A DNA stretch of 32,000 bases from Candidatus Kuenenia stuttgartensis (GCF_900232105.1 NZ_LT934425.1:1020001-1052000); one strand, 5' to 3'. Counted from the first letter of the stretch, positions 19,082 through 29,280 are shown. Notes: generated by a model from the letters alone, not told the origin. Numbers and translations: made by a program.

Positions 19082-20851
19082 TTATTTCCAGTAAGCATCC
19101 CAATTTTTATTTACCCGGTCAACAACCTCATCCGGCATGACAAGCGGTGAGGGGTAGCCTGTCTTCCATGTAGCGTCAATGCCCATTTTCCCCCTGAAAA
19201 CGGGGCTTATGCCCACCAGTTTTTCTTCCGTGAATACAATATCCCTTTCGGCGTCGAATCGGGTAAATATGCCCCAGATCGTTTGTTCAAGATTGCAGAT
19301 ATCGACGTCAGTGCTTACCGCAGCGATAATGGCAGGGCCTGTAATTCCCGTCGATTTTGTGAGATTACGCACCACCTCTCTTCCATTCTCCTTTACGGAA
19401 ACTACGAGAAGTGCCTCTCCCAGTAGATTCCAATGGATTATCCTGTTGTCAATATCTTTTAGCAGCGTTTCGAAATTTTGGGATGTTTTTCGGTCTACCT
19501 GTTTTTTTGCAGTGTCATCCCTTGTCGCATCGATAATCATTTTACTGCCAAGGTTCATTTTGTAACTGGTGAAATCAAGGGTATCCAGCGGAACCTTTGG
19601 AATCATGATAAAATCATACGCAGGGTCAAAATGTTCGTGGATTGCCCTGAGGACTGCATGAAAATCACGCGGGTTAACTTCTTCTGATACAGTTACAACA
19701 CACTTCGTCAGAGAGAGTTGTCCCTCGCCCATTATAGAGAGCGCTGTTTTCATTGCCTCTTTCCTGTAGCGTTCTTCAACGGACACTACCAGCAGATTAT
19801 GAAATCCCGCTTCGTAATATGCCCAGAGGTTTTTGATTTCAGGATGGATGAGGCGAATGAGGGGACCAAGCACTTGCTGCGTTGCGTTCCCCAGATATTT
19901 ATCTTCCATTGGCGGCCTGCCGACAACGGTTGCGGGATAAACAGGGTTTTTGCGGTGTGTAATGGCGCTAATATGAAAAACAGGAAATTCAGAAGCGTTT
20001 GAATAATGCCCGAAATGGTCACCAAAGGGGCCTTCCATCCTCAATTCAGTGAGATGGACAGTACCTTCCAGAATAAACTCGGCATCAGCGGGAACAGGTA
20101 TTGAAATAGTCTTTCCCTTTGCCATTCGTGTTCTTCTTCCGCGTAAAAAACCGCTGAACATTACCTCGTCAATTCCCTCCGGCAGGGCTGCAACCGTTGC
20201 CAGCAGGAGGGCGGGGTCAGTTCCCAATGCTACGGCGATTTCAAATGGTTTCCCTGATTTTTGGGATTGGAAATAATGAAAGCCACCGCCTTTTTGTATC
20301 TGCCAGTGCATGCCCGTTGTTTTCCCATCGAAAACCTGCATGCGATACATACCGACATTCCGTTTTCCGTTGCGGGGGTCGTAGGTGAAAACCTGTGGTA
20401 GCGTGATAAACGGGCCTCCATCCTCCGGCCAACAGGTGATTACGGGAAGTCCATTGAGGTCCGTTCCCTGAATTACCTCCTGCGATGTTGTCCAAAACGT
20501 TGTTTTGGGAAGGGTGCTGATGAGACGTTTTGTAATTCCAGGATGCTTAAAAAACACTTTCGGTTTAGGCGGCATTGCGTCTTCCATGAATGTGATGAGT
20601 TCTTCACCCAGTTGATCGGGATGTTTTCCCAATGCCAGTTCTATCCGTTTATCGCTTGCAAGTACGTTCATTGCAAGGGGAAACCGGGAATCTTTTATGT
20701 TTTCAAAGAGTAAGGCGGGAAGCCCTTGCTGCAGGGCACGAATAGAGATTTCGGCGGCTTCAAGTTTTGCATCTACCTCAGTTTTGATCCGTATCAGTTC
20801 ACCGTTTTTTTCTAAGTATTTAAGAAAGTCCTGTAACGAATATATTTTCAT
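19082..20851 (-). CDS. UbiD-family (prenylated FMN-dependent) decarboxylase
   Basis: 589 aa: LQDFLKYLEKNGELIRI, GMYRMQVFDGKTTGMHWQIQKGGGFHY, EGPFGDHFGHYS, MGIDATWKTGYPSP. Confidence 0.93.
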   Translation of the reverse strand: MKIYSLQDFLKYLEKNGELIRIKTEVDAKLEAAEISIRALQQGLPALLFENIKDSRFPLAMNVLASDKRIELALGKHPDQLGEELITFMEDAMPPKPKVFFKHPGITKRLISTLPKTTFWTTSQEVIQGTDLNGLPVITCWPEDGGPFITLPQVFTYDPRNGKRNVGMYRMQVFDGKTTGMHWQIQKGGGFHYFQSQKSGKPFEIAVALGTDPALLLATVAALPEGIDEVMFSGFLRGRRTRMAKGKTISIPVPADAEFILEGTVHLTELRMEGPFGDHFGHYSNASEFPVFHISAITHRKNPVYPATVVGRPPMEDKYLGNATQQVLGPLIRLIHPEIKNLWAYYEAGFHNLLVVSVEERYRKEAMKTALSIMGEGQLSLTKCVVTVSEEVNPRDFHAVLRAIHEHFDPAYDFIMIPKVPLDTLDFTSYKMNLGSKMIIDATRDDTAKKQVDRKTSQNFETLLKDIDNRIIHWNLLGEALLVVSVKENGREVVRNLTKSTGITGPAIIAAVSTDVDICNLEQTIWGIFTRFDAERDIVFTEEKLVGISPVFRGKMGIDATWKTGYPSPLVMPDEVVDRVNKNWDAYWK

Positions 20852-21036
20852 GTATTAGTACCTTATCCGTAATTTATTTTGCACACTTCCATTCGTCAGC
20901 GCGTGCTTTCTGGCGAAATATTTAATGGTAAAATTCGATGCACAACCCAGACAGGGTTCGGAACCCTGTCTGGGTTTACCATGCGGGGATGGGTAAAAAG
21001 TCGTTGGGGCATTTGTCTTTTAAAACCCGGCCTGAT

Positions 21037-22212
21037 TTATCCTCTCTTTGCAATTTCCTGTTTTGTTTTTTCATAGATTTCCTGAAGTTGCGTTTCGTCG
21101 GGAATGTATTGGATTTTTATGCTTTCCAGCAAATCAAAACCACACTCCTTAAGTGCGTCTTCCACGTGGCTAACAGACTGCCCTCCCCATCCATAAGAAC
21201 CAAATGCCAGGCCAATCCTGTCTTTCGGCGAAAGCCCTTTTAAATAAGTGAGAAATGCCGACACGGTAGGAAGCAAATTACTGTTTAATGTAGGAGATCC
21301 CACACAAATAAATCTTGCGTCTAATACGTCCGTAACAACATCCGACAGGTGATTATAACGGAGATTAATCATCTTTGTACTAATACCGCCGTGATTGAAG
21401 GCGTTTTGTAAAGCATGTGCAATTTTTTCCGTGGATTTCCACATGGTATCATAAATAATAAGGCATTTATTCTTTGTCTGGTTGGCCGCCCATTTATTGT
21501 ACTCATCTATAATATTTTTTATATGTGAGCGCCATACAATTCCATGACCTGGAGCAATCATGTCAATCGGGATATGAGAAAGTTTTTCAATGGTTTTTTT
21601 CACTAGCATGGAATAGGGCAGGACGATATTCGCATAGTATTTTTTCGCCTCTTCAATAACGGCTCCAAGGTAAAGTTCATCATCAAATCTTTCATGAGAA
21701 GCGATATGCTGTCCAAAGGCGTCATTCGAGAAAAGGATTTTATCCTCAACCAGATAACTTGCCATGTTATCCGGCCAATGAACCATTGGGGTCAGAAAAA
21801 ACCTGAAGGTCCTTTTGCCAATATTGACTTCCTCATCCGTTTGCACCACCTTCATATTCCAGTCGTTCCCCTTATAATGCGCCAGCAGCCCTTTCTGTCC
21901 GTTAAGGGAGGTTACAATAGTGGCATTTTTTGCAATATCCATAATAAGCGGTAAACTGCCGGAATGGTCCATTTCGACGTGGTTTGCAATAACATACTGA
22001 ATACTTGCGGGATCAATAAGAGAGGAAAGGCGCTGCATCATTTTGTCGAAGAGATACGGCCTGACGCCATCAATTAATGTTATTTTTTCATCAATTACCA
22101 AATAGGAATTGTATGTAGACCCCCGGTTGGTTGAATAACCATGGAAATTTCTTAAATCCCAGTCAACTTCTCCAACCCAATAAATTCCTTCTTTTAGTGG
22201 TATCGGTTTCAT
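21037..22212 (-). CDS. A-type flavoprotein / flavodiiron protein (NO or O2 reductase family)
   Basis: Metallo-beta-lactamase-like diiron domain ANHVEMDHSGSLP...PMVHWPDNMASYL plus flavodoxin domain CLIIYDTMWKSTEKIAHAL...GSYGWGG. ATG at 22212 preceded by AGGAGG is better than the ORF-track start at 22287. Confidence 0.92.
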   Translation of the reverse strand: MKPIPLKEGIYWVGEVDWDLRNFHGYSTNRGSTYNSYLVIDEKITLIDGVRPYLFDKMMQRLSSLIDPASIQYVIANHVEMDHSGSLPLIMDIAKNATIVTSLNGQKGLLAHYKGNDWNMKVVQTDEEVNIGKRTFRFFLTPMVHWPDNMASYLVEDKILFSNDAFGQHIASHERFDDELYLGAVIEEAKKYYANIVLPYSMLVKKTIEKLSHIPIDMIAPGHGIVWRSHIKNIIDEYNKWAANQTKNKCLIIYDTMWKSTEKIAHALQNAFNHGGISTKMINLRYNHLSDVVTDVLDARFICVGSPTLNSNLLPTVSAFLTYLKGLSPKDRIGLAFGSYGWGGQSVSHVEDALKECGFDLLESIKIQYIPDETQLQEIYEKTKQEIAKRG

Positions 22213-23024
22213 GCGAATTCCTCCTAAACGGTTAAAGGTATAACGAATAATGTAAATCCCGGCTCCGGTCGGGTATGTGTGTTGCAATCATAGTAACAAT
22301 TCCGCCGGTTTGAAATGTATGCGGAGTACGATATAGTATAGCATTAGTCAATGAATAATTGTCATAAATATTGGCATACAAAATTCTCAAACCATAGTTC
22401 TAACTTGTTAACATTACAAATTGATTGTGATAGTCAAACAAATCCAGGTTTAGAAATTTAGCAGTAATTTAGTTTTTAAAAAGTAGGGGCGAATTACGAA
22501 AGCCGGGGCAGACACTCCGGTATTTTTGTAAAAATTACCAATATCTATGTAAATATTACGCGGTTTTGTATCCAGGGACCCAGCCTTGCGATATATGCGC
22601 AAAAGGTTTTTTAAGTTGTAACAACACATAATTAAACACATAAAGCATATATAATCTTCCTCTTGCATTTCTAAAAGCACATGGCATTCCTATTGCTATC
22701 TATTTTAAACAGTTACTTAAAAGCCGGGGGTTCCTGGCCATGCAGGGCAGGAGCGCCGTCTGCCGGAATTTCGGCGCCGGTAGGACGCCATATAATTTAT
22801 CTTGACATGCCCTGTGCTAAGACCCACAATAGATGAATTTGATATTCTCACATTAAATGCCCCCTTTTAAAGGCGGGGTAATGTTTACAACAAACAAAAA
22901 ATTCCAGATTCAAATAATGTGATATTTTGTACCAAATAAACTGAGACGTAGCCCTCCCTGCTCAACGAAAGCAATGTTAACCACATATCCCTTTCTTATG
23001 AAATGGGAAAGATAAGCAACGCCG

Positions 23025-24776
23025 ATGAGACCGGCAATTTATGAAGAAAAAAAGAACCCTTTCAGCATCTCTGCTCTACCGCCCATGGGAATAATCCAGT
23101 TGCGAGCCTTCATTAAAAAACACGACCTGTTTAGCATACTTACCGGTATAACTATTTTCCTTTTCTTCTTTGAACTAGGCGGTAGAAGTTTTGAGGTCAG
23201 GGACACCCGTAGGTTTGCGGAAATCGCACTGGAGATGCTACAAAGTGGAAACTGGCTTATACTTTACAAGCATGACGAAATTTATATGAATAAGCCACAC
23301 ATGTTCATGTGGCTGATTGCTCTTTTTTCTTCTATCGGACACCACGTTACTCCCCTTACTGCCCGCTTGCCCAGTGCTATTGCAGGCATTGCAAGCATTC
23401 TTGCAACATTCTGTTTTATCGGAAAATTTTCCAGCAAACGCACTGCTTTCATCGCTGGTGTAATCCTTGCCACTACCCAGAGATATTTCTGGTATGGACG
23501 AACTTCCTTACCCGACATGCTCTTCACTACTTTTATCATGCTTGCCCTATATTCTTTCTATCTTGGATACAAACAAAAGCCGGTTTTTTATATTGGCTTA
23601 CATTTTTTTACCTTCCTTGCAATCTTAACAAAAGGTCCGCTGGCTATTATTTTTATCTTCGGTACTATTGCGGTATTCCTCATCCTTCAAAGAAATTTAC
23701 GGGCTATGAAAGGAATGAAATGGCGATGGGGTATAATCCTCCTTCTGACAATGACCGGATTATATTTTGCATTTATACTAAAAGTAGGATTTGAACCATT
23801 TATCGCCACAATAAAAAGGGAATTCTTAACCCGGGTAAATAGCCCTATAAACCACGGAGAACCATTTTATTATTATTTAGTTACTCTTTGGACGGATTTC
23901 CTGCCATGGTCATTATTTATTCCGTTTGCCGTGATCTTTGCCTATAAAAAATGGCGGGAAGGAGACGATTTCATTACCTTTTCTTTCTGCTGGACGATAC
24001 TCATTTTTGTATTTCTCTGCACAGCGAAGGCAAAGCATACAAGATATATGCTCCCCCTCTACCCTGCGTTATCGATCATAATAGCAAGCCTCATTGCTAA
24101 TACATTGAAAAGGCCGGTTATGAACTTTTTGTGGCTACAGGTATCGGTGCGGTGGATTATTTTTGTAATGGCCGGAGCAGGAATAATTCTCCTTGTTGCT
24201 GTACCTGTCTATCTCGTTACGTATTCCTGGATTGGAATATTCACATCCCTTATCACACTCCTTGTCTTATCAGGGGTATTTCTCTCCCTCCGCCGAAAAA
24301 CCGGATTCGCCAATGCAAGTTTTACGATGTGTATGTTTGCAGCAATCATAGGATGGGGAATATACATTCATTGCCTTACGGTTCATTCGAAGGAAGTAAC
24401 TTTTGGTACAAAACTGACCGATGTAATAAAAAAAGAACTGGGAGACCTGAATGGCTGTGATATACGCGGGTATAAATTAGGTGAATCGTTATGGACTATT
24501 ATAAACCTAAGTTTGAACGCCAATATCTCCCTAATCAAAAATACTGATGAGTTAAAGACCTTTTTAAACACGTCAGAACACCTGCAGCCGGTCTGCATTA
24601 TTGAAAAAAATACTTTTCTTGACATAAAAAACAATTTGGCGGATACTACGTTACACACCGTGGATATTTGTACAAAAAAGCGTAAGGTAACGCTTATTTT
24701 CAGAAGAGAGCGCCAGACAAACCCGGCAGCACACCCGGCATGGCAAGACATCGAAGAAGAAGGGAATCATAGATGA
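23025..24776 (+). CDS. ArnT-like / PMT-family glycosyltransferase, multi-pass membrane protein
   Basis: FELGGRSFEVRDTRRFAEIALEMLQSGNWLILYKHDEIYMNKPHMFMWLIALFSSIGHHVTPLTARLPSAIAG, hydrophobic spans, TKGPLAII. Precise start uncertain. Confidence 0.88.
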   Translation: MRPAIYEEKKNPFSISALPPMGIIQLRAFIKKHDLFSILTGITIFLFFFELGGRSFEVRDTRRFAEIALEMLQSGNWLILYKHDEIYMNKPHMFMWLIALFSSIGHHVTPLTARLPSAIAGIASILATFCFIGKFSSKRTAFIAGVILATTQRYFWYGRTSLPDMLFTTFIMLALYSFYLGYKQKPVFYIGLHFFTFLAILTKGPLAIIFIFGTIAVFLILQRNLRAMKGMKWRWGIILLLTMTGLYFAFILKVGFEPFIATIKREFLTRVNSPINHGEPFYYYLVTLWTDFLPWSLFIPFAVIFAYKKWREGDDFITFSFCWTILIFVFLCTAKAKHTRYMLPLYPALSIIIASLIANTLKRPVMNFLWLQVSVRWIIFVMAGAGIILLVAVPVYLVTYSWIGIFTSLITLLVLSGVFLSLRRKTGFANASFTMCMFAAIIGWGIYIHCLTVHSKEVTFGTKLTDVIKKELGDLNGCDIRGYKLGESLWTIINLSLNANISLIKNTDELKTFLNTSEHLQPVCIIEKNTFLDIKNNLADTTLHTVDICTKKRKVTLIFRRERQTNPAAHPAWQDIEEEGNHR

Positions 24777-25477
24777 AAAAACCTGATATCTCCATTGTTA
24801 TTCCATTATACAACGAGGCGGATAATATTGAACCTCTTGGACATGCCATCCTCCTTGCCATGCAGGGACAAAACTACGAGGTGATCTTTGTGAACGATGG
24901 CAGCACTGACGGTAGTGCAAAAAAACTAAAAGAATGGTGTGCGGTACATACAAACTTCCGCACCATTCATTTCAGGAGAAATGCGGGCCAAACGGCGGCC
25001 ATGGATGCCGGCTTTAAATCTGCTGCGGGAGAATATGTCGTTTCAATGGATGCCGACCTGCAAAATGATCCGGCGGACATTCCTGCATTGCTTGAAAAGT
25101 TAAACACATATGATATGGTATGCGGGTGGCGGCAAAAGAGAAATGATCCATGGATAAAGCGGATTTCCTCAACGGTGGCAAATTTCATCAGAAACAAACT
25201 TTCATGGGAAGATATTAAAGATACAGGATGTTCCCTTAAAGCATACAGGAAGGAATGTCTGAATCGCATCAAATTGTTTAACGGCATGCATCGGTTTCTG
25301 CCTACCCTGTTTAAGATGGAAGGATTCACCGTCATAGAAGTAGTGGTAAAACACTACCCAAGGAAATTCGGGAAATCGAAATATGGGATATCAAACAGGG
25401 CCTTTCGGGCATTTATTGACCTGTTAGTTATACGATGGATGAAAAAGCGGACGCTTCATTATGAGGTGGAAGAATGA
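24773..25477 (+). CDS. Family 2 glycosyltransferase, DPM1/ArnC-like
   Basis: DISIVIPLYNEADNIEPLG...VIFVNDGSTDGSAKKL...VSMDADLQNDPADIPALLEKL...DTGCSLKAYRKE; overlaps upstream gene by 4 nt. Confidence 0.92.
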   Translation: MKKPDISIVIPLYNEADNIEPLGHAILLAMQGQNYEVIFVNDGSTDGSAKKLKEWCAVHTNFRTIHFRRNAGQTAAMDAGFKSAAGEYVVSMDADLQNDPADIPALLEKLNTYDMVCGWRQKRNDPWIKRISSTVANFIRNKLSWEDIKDTGCSLKAYRKECLNRIKLFNGMHRFLPTLFKMEGFTVIEVVVKHYPRKFGKSKYGISNRAFRAFIDLLVIRWMKKRTLHYEVEE

Positions 25478-25800
25478 CGCTCCTTACAACTCACATAAAT
25501 ACATGGGTTGTCATAGGTTTTACCGGCCAGCTTCTTTTTGGATCGAGGTTCTTTGTCCAGTGGATTATTTCTGAAAAGCGCGGCGAGAGCATTATTCCCG
25601 AGATATTCTGGTATCTGAGTATGGGCGGAAGCGCTATGTTGCTCATGTACGCTATCTACCGTCATGACCCCGTATTTATTCTGGGACAATCCACCGGGCT
25701 TATTATTTACATACGCAACATCATGCTGATTTACAAAAAGAGAAAAATAGTGAAAATAGCGGCTGGAGACCAGCGTGAGAAACATCCGGCAAATCCTTAA
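25474..25800 (+). CDS. Lipid A biosynthesis N-terminal (LAB_N) domain small membrane protein
   Basis: WVVIGFTGQLLFGSRFFVQWIISEKRGESIIPEIFWYLSMGGSAMLLMYAIYRHDPVFILGQSTGLIIYIRNIMLIYK; overlaps upstream gene by 4 nt. Confidence 0.9.
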   Translation: MTLLTTHINTWVVIGFTGQLLFGSRFFVQWIISEKRGESIIPEIFWYLSMGGSAMLLMYAIYRHDPVFILGQSTGLIIYIRNIMLIYKKRKIVKIAAGDQREKHPANP

Positions 25801-25863
25801 CGCAGCAAAGCCACAACCAAAATGCAGGTAACATTTACAAATGTAGAGATGCATCAGTCCCCC

Positions 25864-25894
25864 AATCCTCAATCCTCAATCCTCAGTCCTCAGT
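25864..25894. repeat. Short tandem repeat of AATCCTC / AGTCCTC, about four units
   Basis: aatcctcaatcctcaatcctcagtcctcagt read directly. Confidence 0.85.
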
Positions 25895-25918
25895 CGGCAA
25901 TTTGCAATTTGCCGACTG
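25891..25918. repeat. Perfect 10 bp stem-loop CAGTCGGCAA-tttgcaat-TTGCCGACTG
   Basis: Arms are exact reverse complements, 8 nt loop. Confidence 0.85.
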
Positions 25919-26209
25919 AAGAAGTGTCACTTAAATATTTTGCCAAAAAATGAGCGGCATAAATTTTGTTTGACTATAAATAGTATCTATTCAGCGTAAC
26001 ACACCAAATATTATATCTTCATTTTTGATATCGAATTTTATTGTACCACAAACAGCATACCCCTAACGGGGCCACATTGTTTTTTATGTCCACCCGGATT
26101 TTTCAAAAAACTAAGGCGCTACAAAGAGTTACAAACTTTTACGATTTGGTCACTTTAGAAAATCAGGGAAAACATTTCCCCACAACAGGAAAATTTCTTT
26201 TACTTAAAG

Positions 26210-28062
26210 CGGATGTTCACCCCTGCCAAAACGCATAAGTGCTTAATACATAGTTTGTTAAGGCTGTATTTTTAATAAATATGTAGTCACTAATATATTG
26301 TTATTATACGACAATATACTTGACGGATAATGGTTGTTATCTGTACAATGGTGGACATGCATATTGTAGAGAACAAGTCAAAATCCGGTAAAAAAATCTA
26401 TCGATCTACCCTTCTGCGGGAATCGTACCGTGAGGATGGGAAGGTCAAGAAACGCACCATTGCGAATCTGTCGAATTGCACTCCCCTGGAGATTGAAGCG
26501 ATAAGACTTGCACTCGCACATAAAGACGATCTCTGTGCATTGGGCGCATTGTCAGAATCGGTGAAACTCCATGAGGGTTTGTCTGTGGGAGCAGCGTGGA
26601 GCGTGTACCAAGTGGCAAAGGAATTAGGGATAGAAGAGGCATTGGGAAAGGACTTTGAAGGAAAGCTGGCGCTTTGGCAAGTAATGGCAAGGGTAATAGG
26701 CCAGGGGTCAAGACTGTCTGCAGTAAGGCTGGCGCAGATACATGCTGCGGGTGACGTCCTGGATATGAAGCGTGGGTTTGACGAGAACAATCTGTACGAT
26801 AATTTGTCATGGTTGTCAGAGAATCAGGCAAAGATAGAGCGAAAGCTGTTTGAGTTAAGACGAGGAGGCAATAAGCCGAAGTTGTTTTTGTATGACGTGA
26901 CGAGCAGTTATTTAGAGGGGAAGTCGAATCATTTTGGTGAGTACGGGTATAATCGTGACGGCAAAAAGAGGAAAAAACAGATAGTGATCGGTATGCTTTG
27001 TGATGAATCCGGGGAGCCGGTATCAACAGAAGTATTTAGGGGCAACACCCAGGATCCGAAGACCTTTGAATCTCAGGTAAAGAAGGTATTAGAGCGGTTT
27101 GGATGCAAAGATGTAACGATTGTAGGAGATCGTGGGATGATCAAGACGGTGCAAATCGAAAGTTTACCGGAAGGGTTTCATTACATAACGGCGATAACCA
27201 AGCCGCAGATAGAGTCGTTGATAAATAAAGGGATACTGCAATTAGGATTGTTCGAAGAAAAGCTCTGCGAGATAAAGGATGATGAGGTTCGATATATTCT
27301 GAGGCGCAATCCGGTAAGGGCGGAAGAGATGTCAAAGACCCGTGTATCAAAATTACAGAGTATAGAGAAATACATCGCGAAGAAGAACAGTTATCTGAAG
27401 GAACATCCTAAGTCGTCAGTATCGAAGGCACTGGAAACAACAAGGGAAAGGCTAACGAGATTGAAACTTGATGGGTGGGTGCAGATAAAAGAAGAGGATA
27501 GGACGCTAAAGATAGAGAGAGATGAGGAAGCATTAAAGGAGGCATCATACCTTGATGGTTGTTACGCAATCAAGACTGATCTTGAGGAGAACGAGGCGGA
27601 TACCAATCTGGTACATGAACGATACAAGGATTTAACGGAAGTGGAGAAGGCGTTTCGGGACTGTAAGACGGTGAATTTGGAGGTTCGTCCGGTGTATGTA
27701 AGAAAGGAGGATAGTACACGGGGACATGTGTTTGTGGTAATGCTTGCGTACATGATAATTCGAAGGCTGCGCAGAGCGTGGAAGAATTTTGACTTGACGG
27801 TAGAGGAAGGTCTCGCACAATTGACGACCATTTGTTCGATGGAAGTAACAATCAAAGGCCAAAAAGCTAGTTGCCAGAAGATCCCGCGTCCGCGGCAACA
27901 ATCACATGAATTATTAGAGGCATTACAGATAAAGTTGCCAGAAGTATTGCCAAGCCGGAACATACGGGTAGTCACTAGAAAAAAGCTTGCTGTTCGGCGT
28001 AAAAGTCAATAAATATAAGGCTTTTACGGCACTTTTGTTTTTTGACTTGGGGTGAACATCCG
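26210..28062 (+). mobile_element. Complete IS1634-like (IS4 superfamily group) insertion sequence, 1853 bp
   Basis: Ends CGGATGTTCACCCC... and ...GGGGTGAACATCCG are inverted repeats (14 bp perfect); flanking TTAAAG at 26204-26209 and 28063-28068 is a 6 bp direct target duplication. Confidence 0.93.
26330..28012 (+). CDS. IS1634-family-like DDE transposase
   Basis: Intact 560 aa ORF: VENKSKSGKKIYRSTLLRESYREDGKVKKRTIANLSNC, LFLYDVTSSYLEG, DGKKRKKQIVIGML, VTIVGDRGMI, YLDGCYAIKTDL, EVRPVYVRKEDSTRGHVFVVMLAYMI. Start may be the ATG at 26348. Confidence 0.92.
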   Translation: MVVICTMVDMHIVENKSKSGKKIYRSTLLRESYREDGKVKKRTIANLSNCTPLEIEAIRLALAHKDDLCALGALSESVKLHEGLSVGAAWSVYQVAKELGIEEALGKDFEGKLALWQVMARVIGQGSRLSAVRLAQIHAAGDVLDMKRGFDENNLYDNLSWLSENQAKIERKLFELRRGGNKPKLFLYDVTSSYLEGKSNHFGEYGYNRDGKKRKKQIVIGMLCDESGEPVSTEVFRGNTQDPKTFESQVKKVLERFGCKDVTIVGDRGMIKTVQIESLPEGFHYITAITKPQIESLINKGILQLGLFEEKLCEIKDDEVRYILRRNPVRAEEMSKTRVSKLQSIEKYIAKKNSYLKEHPKSSVSKALETTRERLTRLKLDGWVQIKEEDRTLKIERDEEALKEASYLDGCYAIKTDLEENEADTNLVHERYKDLTEVEKAFRDCKTVNLEVRPVYVRKEDSTRGHVFVVMLAYMIIRRLRRAWKNFDLTVEEGLAQLTTICSMEVTIKGQKASCQKIPRPRQQSHELLEALQIKLPEVLPSRNIRVVTRKKLAVRRKSQ

Positions 28063-28373
28063 TTAAAGACCAATAAATTCCCTGCCATGCCCCGCCATTT
28101 CAATTATCATTCCAGTTATAACCTCATAATATATATAAGGTTAACACTTCTTTGAAATATAAAGAATATTTTGTGGCGTATTTGGCATGAATATTGATTC
28201 GAATAATGGTGGAAATTTTTAGCAGGATGATTACTGAATAATTTAAAGGTAAAGTTTAAATGACAAGAATTAATACAAATATAGGAGCGTTGAATGCTCT
28301 AAAGTCATTAAACGACCAGGCCAATATTTCACCGCAAACGATAATGAATTTGTTTAAATAATATTGTAATATG

Positions 28374-28826
28374 CTATTGAGAAATTATTTTAAGAAATTT
28401 AGAGACCGTTAGTATTATGATTCCATGTTTTTTCATCTCGTCTATTAAGTCTAAATCTATTTTGACATCATCGTCGCGAGTGACAAGATAATCGATTCTG
28501 CCTTTTATTCGTTATGGCAGCCTCCGGAACCATATTGTCCTTTTTTGTCCCTGCAGAGATTTGTATCATCTGTCAAATATACCCTGAGACCTGCGCCTGC
28601 CAGTATTTCAATAAACATATCGATTTCGTCATCGGTTATTTTGGAGAGATTTTTTATCCTGGAACGTCTGAGAACGTCTTACAATTCTTTGAGGAGATAG
28701 TGTTGATATGACCATGTCAAATTCCAGGCAGAGGAATTTTTCCATAATTTTGGCAGGATAGCCTTTTCTGTTAATAAAAGCAGAAACCCATACATTGGTA
28801 TCAATGAGGACTATTTTTTGAGTCAT
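28374..28826 (-). pseudogene. PIN-domain toxin (VapC-like RNase), frame broken by indels
   Basis: MTQKIVLIDTNVWVSAFINRKGYPAKIMEKF in one frame, RSRIKNLSKITDDEIDMFIEILAGAGLRVYLTDDTNLCRD in a second, DYLVTRDDDVKIDLDLIDEMKKHGIIILTVSKFLKIISQ* in another. Confidence 0.88.
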
Positions 28827-29052
28827 TTATTTTCCCAACTTCTCTATGAGCTTCTGTAATAGCAATTTCTATTTCTTCCGATGAATGTTTATCCGTTCTT
28901 TTATAAATAGTTTCAGTTAGTGTTTTCAGTTGATTACACAAACGTTCATCCAGATTAATATCAAGTTTAACCCGCTCATGCTCATTGAGTGAAACAGGTT
29001 CTAAGGGTTTAAATACGCCATCTTCAAATATGGCATTGATGGTTTTAGACAT
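28801..29052 (-). CDS. AF2212-like (DUF104) antitoxin
   Basis: MSKTINAIFEDGVFKPLEPVSLNEHERVKLDI matches the family signature; overlaps the PIN gene start by 26 nt. Confidence 0.85.
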   Translation of the reverse strand: MSKTINAIFEDGVFKPLEPVSLNEHERVKLDINLDERLCNQLKTLTETIYKRTDKHSSEEIEIAITEAHREVGKINDSKNSPH

Positions 29053-29092
29053 TTTTTATTACCCCTTATAATAAATCTGGTACCGCAATATA

Positions 29093-29151
29093 ATATGGCT
29101 ATTAAACCATTTTCATCGTTTTTGGGTGTTGCAAATGAAACATGATGACTG
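29093..29151. repeat. Direct repeat copy 1 (pair with 29593-29651)
   Basis: atatggctattaaaccattttcatcgtttttgggtgttgcaaatgaaacatgatgactg; 55 of 59 positions match copy 2. Confidence 0.93.
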
Positions 29152-29225
29152 ATAACTTATTTTGTCATTACAAGTGGAAGCGGATTAGAAATCCGATGCT
29201 CTATCCATCATACCAAAACCACATG

Positions 29226-29280
29226 CTTGTCATTGCGAGGGCGTCAGCTGTCATTGCGAGGGTCTTTTCCGAAGTAATCT
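29226..29280. repeat. Left inverted-repeat arm with two TGTCATTGCGAGGG units
   Basis: cttgtcattgcgagggcgtcagctgtcattgcgagggtcttttccgaagtaatct; near-complement of 29419-29475. Confidence 0.92.

Noticed and set aside
22450-22680. 76 aa minus-strand ORF upstream of the flavodiiron gene
   Set aside because: No domain and odd composition; cannot be distinguished from chance.
5804-26002. Shared ctattcagcgtaa string at about 5812 and 25988
   Set aside because: Only around 13 nt and no clear extension; too short to call a repeat family without a genome-wide count.
27570-27851. Antisense ORFs inside the transposase gene
   Set aside because: Proline/serine-rich, low-complexity translations opposite a well-supported transposase; shadow ORFs.
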